This document shows positions 51,985 to 64,000 of a DNA stretch of 64,000 bases, one piece after another (the stretch's first letter is position 1; every line of letters starts with the position of its first letter). The DNA comes from Balanoglossus misakiensis. Its lineage: Eukaryota; Animalia; Hemichordata. The stretch spans positions 8,395,846 to 8,459,845 of the forward strand of contig CM082577.2 of assembly GCA_040954595.2 (NCBI GenBank), read 5' to 3'. A program made the translations under genes and the position numbers. Under the pieces are notes generated by a model that saw only the letters and a list, made by a program, of their open reading frames with translations, was not told the origin of the DNA and did no database searches.

Positions 51985-52155
51985 CTGTATAAAACCGGGA
52001 CATTTTCATGACAGGAAATTTTTGACAATATCGAAAAGAGGAAACTGTTACGCGAAGTTTAATTTTCGCATTCTCGTATTTCACGAACTCCATCATTCTG
52101 AAAAACATTTTACACAACTTTATGTGTTTGCTCTTTTTTTGGCTGCGTGTTACAG
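51985..52155. mobile_element. MITE family A, diverged or internally deleted copy
   Basis: TA|CTGT...ACAG|TA termini. The left part is the reverse complement of the right part of the 52601 copy. Confidence 0.7.
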
Positions 52156-52600
52156 TATATGTACAGGACACAATTTGCTGTGTATCCTGGTATGTCAAGA
52201 ATTGATGGTGTATAGTTGCCAGGAGCTGGACAAACTCGTTTTGAGATCTACCAATTTTTGACAATAGCCTGTATCCTGTTTGTGCGATCAATAACTTCCT
52301 GGAGTTGAGGATAAGTTTCAGTGTTGGTGCAGCTCAGTTCTCCTGAACTAGATAAAAAAAAATGCCGTACTGGTTGAGTACACATGTCCGGCATTCCAGG
52401 CTGTGTCACTTTGTATAAAGGTCAATATAATTGCGTACACAACCCAGAAACGTTCCTAATTTCCCTTTCACTATTGAAGTGTCAAACCACAGATTTATGT
52501 GTCTGCTTCTTTTAAAACCCTGAAGCATATATGCAGGCCCAGTGAGGGGGTTGTGTAACCGTCTTTGAAACTCCATGACTGTGCTCTGTTGAAGGGTATA

Positions 52601-52800
52601 CTGTAAAACGGGTTATCTTCGCGAGTAATAAATTTTCGCGAAATACGCGAGAGCCAAAAAAGCGTGAAAATAAAAAGTCGCGTAAAATGTTTTTCGGAGA
52701 TACAATGCAGTAAATGAAATAAGATAATTAATACTTGCGTAACAGTTGCCTCTTTTGATATTGCGAAATTTTCCTGTCGCGAAAATTTCCCGTTTTACAG
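52601..52800. mobile_element. MITE family A copy (DEGS intron 1)
   Basis: TA|CTGTAAAACGGG...CCCGTTTTACAG|TA, giving a TA TSD typical of Tc1/mariner-type elements. Confidence 0.85.
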
Positions 52801-54590
52801 TATAAACATGAACCTTAAAGCTCCATAATAGCTACGACTTTTTTACATGATTTTCATGATTTTTACTTTCAAACAATAGATTGATCCATTGAAGTAAGCT
52901 TACTGATAGGACACTACTCAAACATATTATCAATCTCTGATTGTGGCTGTGTGTGTCAATATGAACAAGTCAAATAATAAACGGGTGATGCACCTGTTAA
53001 TTCAGTCTCCTCTTGCAGGAGTACACAACTATTGTGGTATGCACAATAAATGCATATTACAATTTCAAGATGGTGTTGTAGTCCATCAGTTAAGGATAAA
53101 GAGGAGATTGAAAAGTATTTTATTGTTAAAAATATAGGAAAATTGACAGCTCATGGCCTTTAATGATAAGTTTCCAGGTCAACGCAAGCTAAGGCAGACA
53201 GTAGCAATTTAGTGAGTAAATTGTATATTGGCTTTAGCACAGATTGAAACTCAAGGTTATCAGAGACATAGTGGATCATATGAAGGGTATGGCTGTACCT
53301 AATACTATTTAAGGGGCTTAACTGGACTTGTCTTTTTTCATGGCCAGCAGGGAATCTGCTCAAGTGCCAGCAGCATCAGATTAGATTATTTGCCGTTTTG
53401 ACGGCCAAATAATACGTTTATGAATAAATAATCATGCATCATTGTCAATTTGTATTACCCAGAAAGCTTTCGTTTGGAATAATGATTTATAGCAGCATGG
53501 CTTGTCTGTGGACACTCAGTATAGTGACATTGAGTTTAACTATGTATTAAGCCATACATTCCATAGTAGATCCTACTTAGACTTTAATGGTGAACTTCTT
53601 CATGGTTACTGCTTTTAGGGCAGTGACCTGTACTGCTTGCAATACATGCATGTAGGGTTTCCATTGCATGTGTATAATCCAAGATGGGAAATAGCTAGGT
53701 ATGACCTTTACATCTTTTTTATCGGAATGAAGAATCCTATACAAGTCAACTACAGAACTAAAATGTATGTTTTTATTTGGCTTATATATATACACATATA
53801 TACTTTGATTTACTGGCTGCCACTAGCTCTCATGAAAGATGGGGGCCCGTTGTTGTCTTTTTACGTGCTGCTACTAAGAGAACCAGTGGTTGTCATGACA
53901 ACATTTATATGTTACTTTGAGGGATTGCCTTGTGTGTATCATTTAAAACAGTGCCTTGAGGACTATAGCAGAGAGATGAAAACTGATGCAGGCCTATAAC
54001 AACCTCAGCAGCATTCTTTGTGGCCATAAAACACAAGAATTGTTTGATGCAGGTGCTTTTAACTGTGGCAATCAGTACTCCCTGACGAGAACTGGCAAAG
54101 ACAGATAGCATGCTGTTGGCAATTTAGGCATATACATTGTGAAACTGATTAGAGTTTCTTTTGCCATTTTATTTCTTTGAGAAATACGAGCGACGGAAGG
54201 ACTTCACTTTCTCCTGAATGTACTCTAATCTCGGGAAATCTCTAGGTTGTTTCTGGCATTTTGCTGACCTGAAAAATATTGAGAGTGAAGGAAAGAAGTC
54301 AAGCAGATGAATATGACTTAACAAAGAAGTGAATTGATTCCTCTAAAAGAGGAATTGATTTTGAAAAAAGGAGTCGCGCGTGTGTCTTTTAGCTTTTGGC
54401 TTTGGTGGTGAATTTTTGGCAAAAGTCAAACAAAAAATTCCAGTTTGTTCAAAATATAGATCAGCCAGCTGATGAAATGCAGATTGTCAGTTTGAATATC
54501 AGGATTACAACCATCAAAGGTTTTATTGAATTCTACAGTACAGATATGTAATGTGATACTGAACACCTGTTGTTTTGGTTTCTTTTTCAG

Positions 54591-55333
54591 AGAAATACCC
54601 GCAGATCAAACAGTTGATGGGTCATGATGTCAGGATCGCGTACTATGTTGCGTTGATGATCGCCCTCCAGCTGCTGGCCTGTTACATGGTGCAGTCGTTG
54701 TCGTGGGGCTTGATCATCCTCTGCGCGTACGTTGTCGGGGGAACTCTCAGCAAGTGCATGCAGGCGGCCATGCACGAGATCTCGCACAACCTGGCGTTCG
54801 GCCACAAGTACCCCAACTGGAACCGGGCGCTGGGGATCACCGGGAACCTGATCATCGGCGTGCCGGCGTTCATCTCCTTCAAGAAGTACCACACGGAGCA
54901 CCACCGCTACTTGGCCATGGACGAGCTGGACCCGGACGTGCCGTCCAAGCTCGAGTGCAAACTCTTCCACAACACTTTCACCAAGGCGATATTTGTCATG
55001 TTACTCCCGTTCACGTACTCGCTGCGGCCGTTCATTCGGCGGCCGCGTCCGATCTCCATCTACGAAGTCTACAACGCGTTGGCCGCCGTCGCCTTCGACC
55101 TGATGATCTTCTACGTGTTCGGCTTCAAGTCGCTGGCCTACGTCCTCATCGGCACGGTGCTCGGAGCCGGAATACATCCCCTGGGCGCCCACGCCATCGC
55201 CGAACACTATCTTTTCCAGGAAGGCTATGAAACGTACTCGTACTATGGACCTCTGAATTTGATCACGTTCAACCTCGGCTATCACTGGGAACACCACGAC
55301 TTTCCAAACATCCCCTACACTAGGCTTCCAAAG
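54591..55333 (+). CDS. DEGS1: DEGS-family desaturase, exon 2 (743 nt)
   Basis: His boxes HEISH, HTEHH and HWEHH; ETYSYYGPLNLITFNLGYH. Acceptor ttttcag|, donor AAG|GTAAGA. Confidence 0.95.
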
Positions 55334-55635
55334 GTAAGACTTATATACATGGCAAATATGTTTTTTTCTGAAAGAGTGACCTCAAAGCTACCAAACTATG
55401 TAGAAATCAGCTGGACCGGATTTCCCCTTTAAGTGAATACAAATGTTTAATTTCAAACTGCATGTGTAAAAATTCCTACCCTTCTTGCAAATTCAGTCAG
55501 CGTTCCATAAAGAGGGCAAAGGTCATCCAAGTAATCCAAGTTCAATACTCAACGTACACGCAATGGTATGCCGAAATATGCAGTTTATTAATATTTCACA
55601 CAGTAAACATTCTCTCTTCTGTGTCTCGTTCCTAG

Positions 55636-55794
55636 TTGAAGAAGATCGCACCTGAGTACTACGAGAACTTGCCCTACCACACGTCGTGGCCCAAAGTCAT
55701 CTTCGATTTCATCTTCGACACGGACCTGGGTCCCTACGCACGCTACAAGCGCCCTCGCGGCAACGTGGATCCCGACAAGTACAAAGACGACTAA
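55636..55794 (+). CDS. DEGS1: DEGS-family desaturase, terminal exon
   Basis: LKKIAPEYYENLPYHTSWPKVIFDFIFDTDLGPYARYKR...KDD*. Total 327 aa. Confidence 0.93.
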   Translation: MKKIAPEYYENLPYHTSWPKVIFDFIFDTDLGPYARYKRPRGNVDPDKYKDD

Positions 55795-55931
55795 GAAGAG
55801 AAGACGATCGATCCCACCACAGAGAATGTTTCCAGCCAGTCCTTCGCACACATCACTATAGTCACTGACAGATTATATTGCAAACATGTTTCCACTCCCC
55901 CCCCCTCTAATGATGATTGACTGAAATACTA

Positions 55932-56141
55932 CTGTAAAACACTTTATTTTCGCGAGCAATAAATTTTCACGAAATACGCAAGAGCCAAAGTAGCGTGAAA
56001 ATAAAAAGTCACGTAATTTTTTTTTAAGATAACGATCGATGCAGTAAATGAAATAAGAGAACGCGAAAATTAATATTCGCGAAACAGTGGCCTCTCTCGA
56101 TATTGAAAATTTCAACTCGCGAAAATAAATCGGTTTTATAG
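55932..56141. mobile_element. MITE family A copy (DEGS 3' UTR)
   Basis: TA|CTGTAAAACACTTTATTTTCGCGAG...CTCGCGAAAATAAATCGGTTTTATAG|TA, close to the reverse complement of copy 1. Confidence 0.85.
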
Positions 56142-56681
56142 TATTTGTCCATGTATTAAGGAACCACTGAAGATTTAATTAACCAGAACAGTGGCTTATG
56201 ATGTCTGGTGAATGAAGCAGTACACAAGCCTGAATCTCCACCACTACGTTGTTAGTCTACGCAAATACACTAAAGACACTGAATTGTACATCACACACTT
56301 CCTGACAAAACAACTCAAATTTTGTTAAAAACTGCCAGTTTTATCAAGCTTGGCAAATTCCTAGACGTTTAGGTGCTTTATGCCAACAATGTCTGATATC
56401 TGAAGTCACCATTTTTTTTTCCAGTATGTGAAGAAGAAAAATTATGAGGCACACCAATTGTGAGAATTTAATGTATGCGGTTTGACAATTTTGAATCATC
56501 AGCCAATCTTGCATATAATCAGTATTAAGAGAGAAATTTAAGAACAGAAATTTAAGAACAAACTAATCCTATACTTTTATTTTATCAAGAAAAAAGTTGG
56601 ACAAACATACAAATTTCACAATGGATATAGCCAATCACAGACTTTCACTTGTGTGACTATCAAGAATGGGCATATGTAAAT

Positions 56682-56704
56682 GGGGGGGGGGGGGGGGGGG
56701 GGGG
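56682..56704 (+). repeat. Poly-G tract (23 G) downstream of the DEGS stop
   Basis: Direct reading. Confidence 0.9.
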
Positions 56705-59700
56705 TGACTGTATTCTGACTTGGGGTGAAAAAAGGGGATAGGTTACAACTACAATCAGATTTTTATTACATGTATAAAAAAACAGATTATCTGACATACT
56801 ACGCATGAATAACAGTACATGCAAAACTACACAATCAATGTGAAAATCTTGATTATGTTTTTTTTACTAAGCGATGAGAATCTGCTGAATTGACTAAACT
56901 ACAGTATATGAAAGGAACCCACTGTTATATGTAGACATTTTTAGTCTTGAAACATTTAATGTGGTAAATTAATGTAGAAAAATATTTTTTTACATTTTGC
57001 AACTGAGACTGATGCGCAATGTAAGTGATCACTTCCTTGGTACAAACCAAACCAAACCAACGAACTATCAGGGTCTTGTTTGACCCACACAGATTTTCCA
57101 TGACGAGTTTTGCATCACTTTCATTTCTTGTGATGTGCAGCTTTCTGCCAGATAGAGACACCTTGGGGCAAATTATCTGAGTCTGAGACTTTTATATTTT
57201 CTGCTAAATAGCTGTTGTGCAGTCACTTTGTGAAGTGCACGGAATTTCACGAAAAAAAAATTCACACAGTCTCAGACAACTCACATTTGCTTAGAAACCC
57301 AAAGATTGAACACAGAATGCATCTCAAGGCTATAATTAGCCTGCTTGGAACATTTCTGCTTTCATGCTATTTACCAGGTACATCATACCAAATTATGAAC
57401 GTGACATATTTTCACCTGACCACCGTTATTATGTTCTGAAACTCTTCCAAGTGTATGTATCATTTTGAGAAATTATTCCTATAAGGGATAGCTTATTTTT
57501 TTAAAAACATGTAAGCTAAACTTTTCTCCCTACTTCTCCCGATAGCCTTAATCGTCAAGTTGACCCTAATTGGTCAGGTTTCATGCAAATATCACACCAA
57601 GTACGTTGATAACCAATCAGATTTCACCTTACAAACTGCTCATCATCCCACTTCAACATCACCCAACTATCTCTTCCTCTTTTACACACATATATCACAT
57701 CCAGTTTTAGCATAAACCTAATTTTATGAAACTCTGGTATTTTTAAACTCCTATCCCTTGTAGAATTTTAGTTTTCGTTCTACTGAGTATTGATTTAAAT
57801 TGAAAAAAAGGAAAAATATACTAAAAATAAAACAATAGTAATATATGATGTAGAAATAGATTTATAGAAATACATTTATCGTTACTATGGAAATTTCACA
57901 TTTATATTTGTGTAGTTTTATTGCAACTCAATCATGTTTGTTTTGAGGCCATTTGGTATTGTGTAATATAATGGAAATTACGTGTATGTCAATACACAAT
58001 TTTAGTGTAGCGTACATAGTGTATATGTCAATCCTGGCTGTATATGTAATGTCGGCTAACCTTTGCAGTATATTGTAATTTTTCATTTCTTTGTTGTAAC
58101 AAAGTACACCGCAGTAAGTGATTGAGGTACTTCCTGTCAAAGGCTGTAACTTGGATGGCATATTGATATATCCTCAGGCGTATCTTATTTTTTTTTGTTT
58201 AATAATTAGGCCGTAAATCATACTGACATATTGTGATGTAGGTCTTCTCTCCTCCGTTGTCATGTTTGGTTTATAATGTAATTATCTAAAAAACAGCGAA
58301 AAAACATAGACGTTTGCATATGTATATCACTGTAGTTGCCACACACAGTGAATGCTTAGAAGCCCCACCTGTGGGGTTGTTTCATATTTTTTTTGGAACA
58401 AAAGGCACTTGATATCCTGTCTCTAAAGGTCAGGTCTATCTATAATGGCCTAATCAGTGGACGAATCAAAGTCTGTATCTCCCAATGCCATCTTGATGAA
58501 ATCACACCCACAGGGGCAAGTTAGATACACAACTGTTTTTTTGGGTGTGTGTGAAGGTCTGAAAATTTTGTGGATTTGCTACAAAAGATGAGACTAGAAT
58601 TATCCATAAAAACACAAAATGTTATCTGACACCGGCTCACTATATGCAGCCCACAACAACAGAAAAAAGTACTACCTGAAATTTTCTTAGCTCAGCACAA
58701 AGTAAAATGTAGAAGTGCCTCAAATTTTACATGGTGCTTTTTTGTGTGGGTGATAGTGATATTAATGATCGGTTGTTGGGATTTCAGGCTTTGAGCTTTC
58801 AATTCCATGAGAAGAATCAATCTCATTATTAATAGATTTCCCTGGAGATGTTGGTCTATCATCCATCATTAACGAAGTCAGAGGTTTCTCTCCATAATGT
58901 CTCCTTCATATACCTCTTTGTTCACAGTATATGATGCCTGTCCTGTTTCCACACACGTATGTTGGCAGCTACTATATATTGTCATCCACTGCCAGGCGCT
59001 TTATACATTGATTTTCCTGTAGACAGGGGGTGCTAATCTCTACCGACAGGGGGTGCCAATGATGTTACTTGCTGTGGTCTCGTTACTTTGAATTTTAGTT
59101 TTCCTGTTAGCGTTTATTTTAAACCAATCACATAGTTTTGTGTTTTTTACCAAGTTGAGAATGATTTGTAAATTTTCTGCCTTGAAACCAATGAATAAAT
59201 TATTTCAGTTACAGAATTAACAAAATTATTGGTCTCAGTCTTATTAATATGTATCCATGGATACTCAGAAATGTTTTAAAAATTCACACTTACAAGTCAC
59301 ATTTCCAATGATTTTGCAAAATACACTGTACTATATTCTGTCTTTTGGAACATATTTGGCGTGGAGAAACTTTTTGCAACTACCAAGCCAAAAAATATTG
59401 AACTATCTTGGATGCGGTATAATGGTCAGCATGCAACTGGTCACGCAGTCACCTTCAGAATTTGACCTTTTGACTTTAAACCTCTCCCATCCCAGGTGCA
59501 AAACGATGACACATTTCAGAGTCAGACCACACCAAGCCCATGTTGACTGTCTGTGCAGTTCCTCACGTCACCCTCCATGACACCCTAGCCTTGTCATTTT
59601 TATCAGCAAACTTTATGAAACCACTGTGGTACCCCCTATCCTTATCATTTTCTTCGGCAAACTTATAAAACCACTTCTTGGCAGTGACCTTTTATATAAT

Positions 59701-62402
59701 TGAGACAAACACCACAGATCACATTTCCATGGCAACAATATACAGTGAAAATACAGTTTAGATAGTAAATTAAGTCTCAGACAGAATTCACAGCAAAATG
59801 TAGGGAGTAAAAATTTGTGGCACTATACTCCTGAAGTGTTTTATGCTTGTCATGCATCTGTCAGCGAATACTGAATGATGGCCTTGAGGCAGTACCTCGT
59901 CCAGTACCAGTTTGATACCATCGCTAAGTGACACTGATCTCGTTAATGGATAACTATATACATGCAGCATATGACATCCCCCTATTGAATTTGTGTCTCC
60001 AATGTTTACTGCAGTTTTAAGATCGACATAATATTACAGTACATGTCAGAACAGCTAGCCAGCTGTAGGATTTATTGTGCTGCACTTTACATGTACCTGG
60101 CAATTTGTTTGAAGTACTGTGATACACCCAAACTCAAATTTTGCCTTTTTTTATAAAATGTCTATAAATATAATACAAGTTCACACCGTTCCCACGCCCA
60201 GAATTGATCTGTTGGAAAAAGCGCAGTCATACTGAACCCGCAGCTTTTTCTCTTTTCATTTCATGAAAGCCAGATGTATATACACCCTGTACTGTGTGAA
60301 TGAGTGTCCCCTCCAGTTGTTTGGTTATATCATTTGCATGAATCATGTTTGGATTCGACGTGTTGTCAGAGAACACTGACAAAGCAGCATGGTATGCGGT
60401 CAAGTTTTTTCAGAGGCAATCATGCATAATTCTTGTCGAAGGCAGGACGTTGGACTTGTCTGAATTACCAATAAAGATCGAATCCGAATTTATCGATCCA
60501 ACAATGCTGATAAAATCAGTCCTTTTTAAAGTTAATTACAGGTACCAGGACTTATGAATTTTCAGAGTTTAACTGATCCAACCACTGGACAACAAGCTGA
60601 ATCCTGACTGACAAACTTCATGAGTCAGTTCATTCCCATTTAGTTGACAGTGTGAATAGGTTGGGTTTGACCCAGTCTCAGCCTCAAACCAAAGTTTATT
60701 CAGACAAACATTGCACACAATGACCATCCATATTATTTCTCACACACATGTGACAGGAAACATATTGCTGTGCTGCATGTTGGCTACAACAGACTTCTAC
60801 CACACAGGGACCAGATCCAAGAAAGGTTTCTCATACAGTAATTATAGTTTGTAAATTTGTGTTGCCATGGTTGAAGCCGGTTAAATCACATGAAGTGATC
60901 ATTCTATTTCTGTGAGATCATTGTAAGATTTCCTATATGAAACCAAACTTCTTAATTGGTGTTTTTAATTTTAATCAAGTGGGTTAATACTTGTGTACTG
61001 TATAATTTTAGGTACATGTATTGTTTTTCCCCTCAACTGAAAAAGATAAACTATTGAAATCTGTATAAAAGTATTCTGAATAATTTGTAATGCATTTCCC
61101 TAGAGTTTTTTTTTTTTTTTTTACAATGAGACATAATTCTTTGTGATGCTGCCAAGATATTGTCTGATCATTTATCTACTGCCCAGAAGTCTTGGCAAGC
61201 CGACGCGACGAATGGACGCGACGCGACGCGTCAGTGTACGCGTATATACAACGCCCTCTAGTGTCAATGGTGTGGAATTTTAGAAACATCATATCGCATA
61301 TCCCATCTGATCGATTTGATTAATTTTGTCATTTTTGTAAGAATTTTACAGAATATGAATTTCATTATATCATCACATGTATTTAACATTAAGCATTTAG
61401 AAGATTCTTTTCAAAACTTTCAGAAACTTGTTGGGTGATGAGTTTTGAGTGGGAAATGCCTCTTTTGAAGTTTATTTAGTCTAATCTGGAAAAAACACCG
61501 GGTTTCCATAGGGTGTGGATTCCAGACTAGCATGTCTTTATTTTCTCTGGGTAATTTATTATTTTGATTTCCATTCTCAGGAAAAGTCTGGAATTGCAAC
61601 TCCCAAATCTTGTTGCACTGACCGAACCCAAACGACCCAGATAACTGATCCACATAACCTTAATTAAGAAGTCTTAAATGGTCGCGATGACTTCTGATGA
61701 CATTTTGCGCCACATTGTGCTTGTACTATAATATTAATCTCCAGTCAGTGTCAAATGGTGGTTGTGTGAGGTGTGTTTTGTCACGTAGTGCATGGGATGG
61801 ACACAACCCTTGGCATTCCATTGCGAGAGGAAAATTTCTAGCAAAATGACACCATCCAAAGACCACCTCTTTGGTGTGGTTAATACCTCAATTCCTTCGC
61901 TTATGTTGCCGTGGCAACATCAACTCTTACCGCCTGATCTCGGAACAGGCTCTCAAGCCGGTTTCCCTATCTAAAGGCAGCCAGATTACCTGGTTTTGCA
62001 TAACGATTTATCGTTTACCTAAGGACTCAATATAACTCGCGCGTGCGTGATGACCCCCGACGGTAATAATGTCGGAAGTACCGTTTGGTGTATCTTGAAG
62101 AGTTTCAATCAATTTTCACAAAGTTTTATTAATTTGGGTGTAACGATCTTGCTTTAGATGCTCCCTACGTCGTGAGAATATACTGCTAACGTCTAGTATC
62201 TCATCAAAAAGCCAAGATTCTGTGTAGATTTACCAGGACCATGTGATAAGGTATCTTGCTCCGGACGTTCACTGTTCAGAGAACTTTTGATGGTTTCAGT
62301 CGGCGATCGTAACCGGTGTATGTCGTCTGGAAAAGCTGTTACTGGACAAATTGTAACCAAGGAGTAAATCAAATATCTGGTCCGCGTTAAATGAACTGAA
62401 AC

Positions 62403-62439
62403 ATGCGAAGAGACGTGCGAATCCTTTTAGTCGGAGAAC
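62403..62439 (+). CDS. RHOT1: Mitochondrial Rho GTPase Miro, coding exon 1
   Basis: MRRDVRILLVGE, donor C|GTAAGT, 37 coding nt, phase 1. Confidence 0.92.
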
Positions 62440-62643
62440 GTAAGTACAAGCTTCATGGTCAGGCTTCACGAGAAAGTCAACATGCAATGAATGACGTGAG
62501 CTTGTTTGACCGGGGAACCACCACAGTCAAAGTCTACATTGGAAATCGAGATCCATACATTATGTACATCACTACAGTACACCAATTCAATTTTCCAAAG
62601 TTATTGAAATTCATTTGCTCGAGATAATGGCAAGCCAGGACAA

Positions 62644-62813
62644 CACTTAGTGGACATGACTATACTCCATGGCAACGATACCATGGCAATGAGGGTGAGT
62701 TAGGGTTAGGGTTAGGAGGGTTAGGGGTGGCAATGTGAGGGTGAGTTTAACCCTAACCCTAACCCTAAAAACCCATGTTATCGCCCATGGGGTATAGTCG
62801 TGTCCACTAAGTG
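62644..62813. mobile_element. Palindromic MITE-like element containing head-to-head telomeric repeats
   Basis: Arms CACTTAGTGGACATGACTATACTCCATGG / CCATGGGGTATAGTCGTGTCCACTAAGTG enclose (TTAGGG)~3 followed by (CCCTAA)3. Confidence 0.75.
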
Positions 62814-63781
62814 AACCAGATCCCGTATATTTATGTATGTTCATATGCCCCCCCCCCCCAATAGCTCTGTATCCACAGCTACTAAGTAATGTATGTTACC
62901 ATTCAGTGATTTGTACAGTTCAAATATATACGTTCAAATCATGCACACTAGCAGACCTTCTTGCTTGTGAATTGTGTTGGCAGAACTTTTTGTATCTGTT
63001 CAAACAGAAGACCTTTTATAATATTTGTGGACACAACAGGGAAGATATATGAGAACCCTGTATTGTTCAATTATGTGTATACTATTTGCAGCTACATGTA
63101 CCTGTAACCACTCTACGGTGTCATCTGTGTTTGCTGTCCGAACAATGCCAGTAGTGTTTTGCTTACCGGTACTTGGATGATGGTGTACTGTAACCACCCA
63201 CAATATATAAATAATACCATCAAACATAATATGACCACGTAACAATTCTCAGCATCCAGAAATCACAGAATTTATAGATGATCACCATTGTTTTCTTTAA
63301 TTAAATATCTTCTGAAATATTTATTTTTCAGGATCAGCAAAAGAAGTTTCTGTTGTCAAGAACATATCCACACAATGGTGCATGCTAACATTCCTTTGCT
63401 TTGCCTCAGACATCTTATCATTGTGGTCGTTGAACACTATCAACCCCCATGTCTCTCGATATAGAAGTGCTTTGCTAATTAAGGTTTATCATGATAGTAG
63501 GCACAGTTTAGCACGTACAGTAACAAACTGATGATTAAAAGTAATGGCAACATGTACGCAGAGAAAGCCTTAGTTTTCTTCATTTGTTTGTTTGTTGGAA
63601 TGAGCATCAGCTCTTACATGGATGATTTTTCAAAGCCAAATTTCTCACCCAAATCAAACTGGAACCCCCCTCACAAAGCTTGTATTTCCCTAAAGCTGAG
63701 TTTCATGATGTAACTGAGATCATGTAGTAGGACAGGTATCTTTTCCTGAATAATTACACCATTTCTTGTTTGTTATTTCAG

Positions 63782-63840
63782 CTGGAGTTGGGAAGACGTC
63801 ACTCATATTGTCCCTCGTAAGCGAGGAATTTCCCGAAGAG
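63782..63840 (+). CDS. RHOT1: Miro, coding exon 2; the gene continues beyond the window
   Basis: (P)GVGKTSLILSLVSEEFPEE P-loop. Acceptor tttcag|, donor GAG|GTTAGT. Confidence 0.93.
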
Positions 63841-64000
63841 GTTAGTGTTTATTATATTGTAGCCATACTATCTATTGCAATGTAGCATTTCAGACAGATG
63901 AATATATCGTGAACGTAGTAGTCAGTATTCGCATCGATTGAACTTCTTGAAAACTACTAATGTCAGGAAAAAAGTTCGAAAAAGTCAAATAAGTTGCACA

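Noticed and set aside
54587-55868. Overlapping ORFs of 60-175 aa around DEGS exons 2-3
   Set aside because: Shadows of the GC3-rich desaturase frame.
62695-62768. Ancestral chromosome end-to-end fusion site
   Set aside because: Only a few repeats, enclosed by matched inverted arms within an intact conserved intron.
1-64000. tRNA, rRNA, known microRNA or autonomous transposase/reverse transcriptase genes
   Set aside because: None recognised by eye. A covariance-model or HMM search would be needed to exclude divergent cases.

Overview
Eukaryotic, intron-rich genomic DNA from an invertebrate animal. A GT29 ST6GalNAc-type sialyltransferase and TTAGGG repeats point to a non-vertebrate deuterostome such as a hemichordate, echinoderm or amphioxus; this is inference only. 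Reading splice sites and phases by hand gives five protein-coding genes: folliculin FLCN (- strand, first 3 coding exons, rest beyond the left edge); centriolar protein CCP110/CP110 (+, 12 exons, about 1045 aa, head-to-head with FLCN); an ST6GalNAc III-VI-like sialyltransferase (-, 5 coding exons, 349 aa); a DEGS-family sphingolipid delta-4 desaturase/C4-hydroxylase (+, 3 exons, 327 aa); and the first two coding exons of the mitochondrial GTPase Miro/RHOT (+). A full-length U6 snRNA gene with a TATA box lies on the - strand at 40889-40995. Non-coding DNA holds several non-autonomous DNA elements: two TA-TSD MITE families, a Harbinger-type MITE, a Helentron-like element, a long-hairpin element and a palindromic element with head-to-head telomere repeats. 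No clearly novel multi-gene system is demonstrable. The best leads are the divergent sialyltransferase/DEGS pair (both with substitutions in conserved motifs), the FLCN/CP110 bidirectional promoter, a variant U6 5' stem-loop and the unusual repeat architectures.
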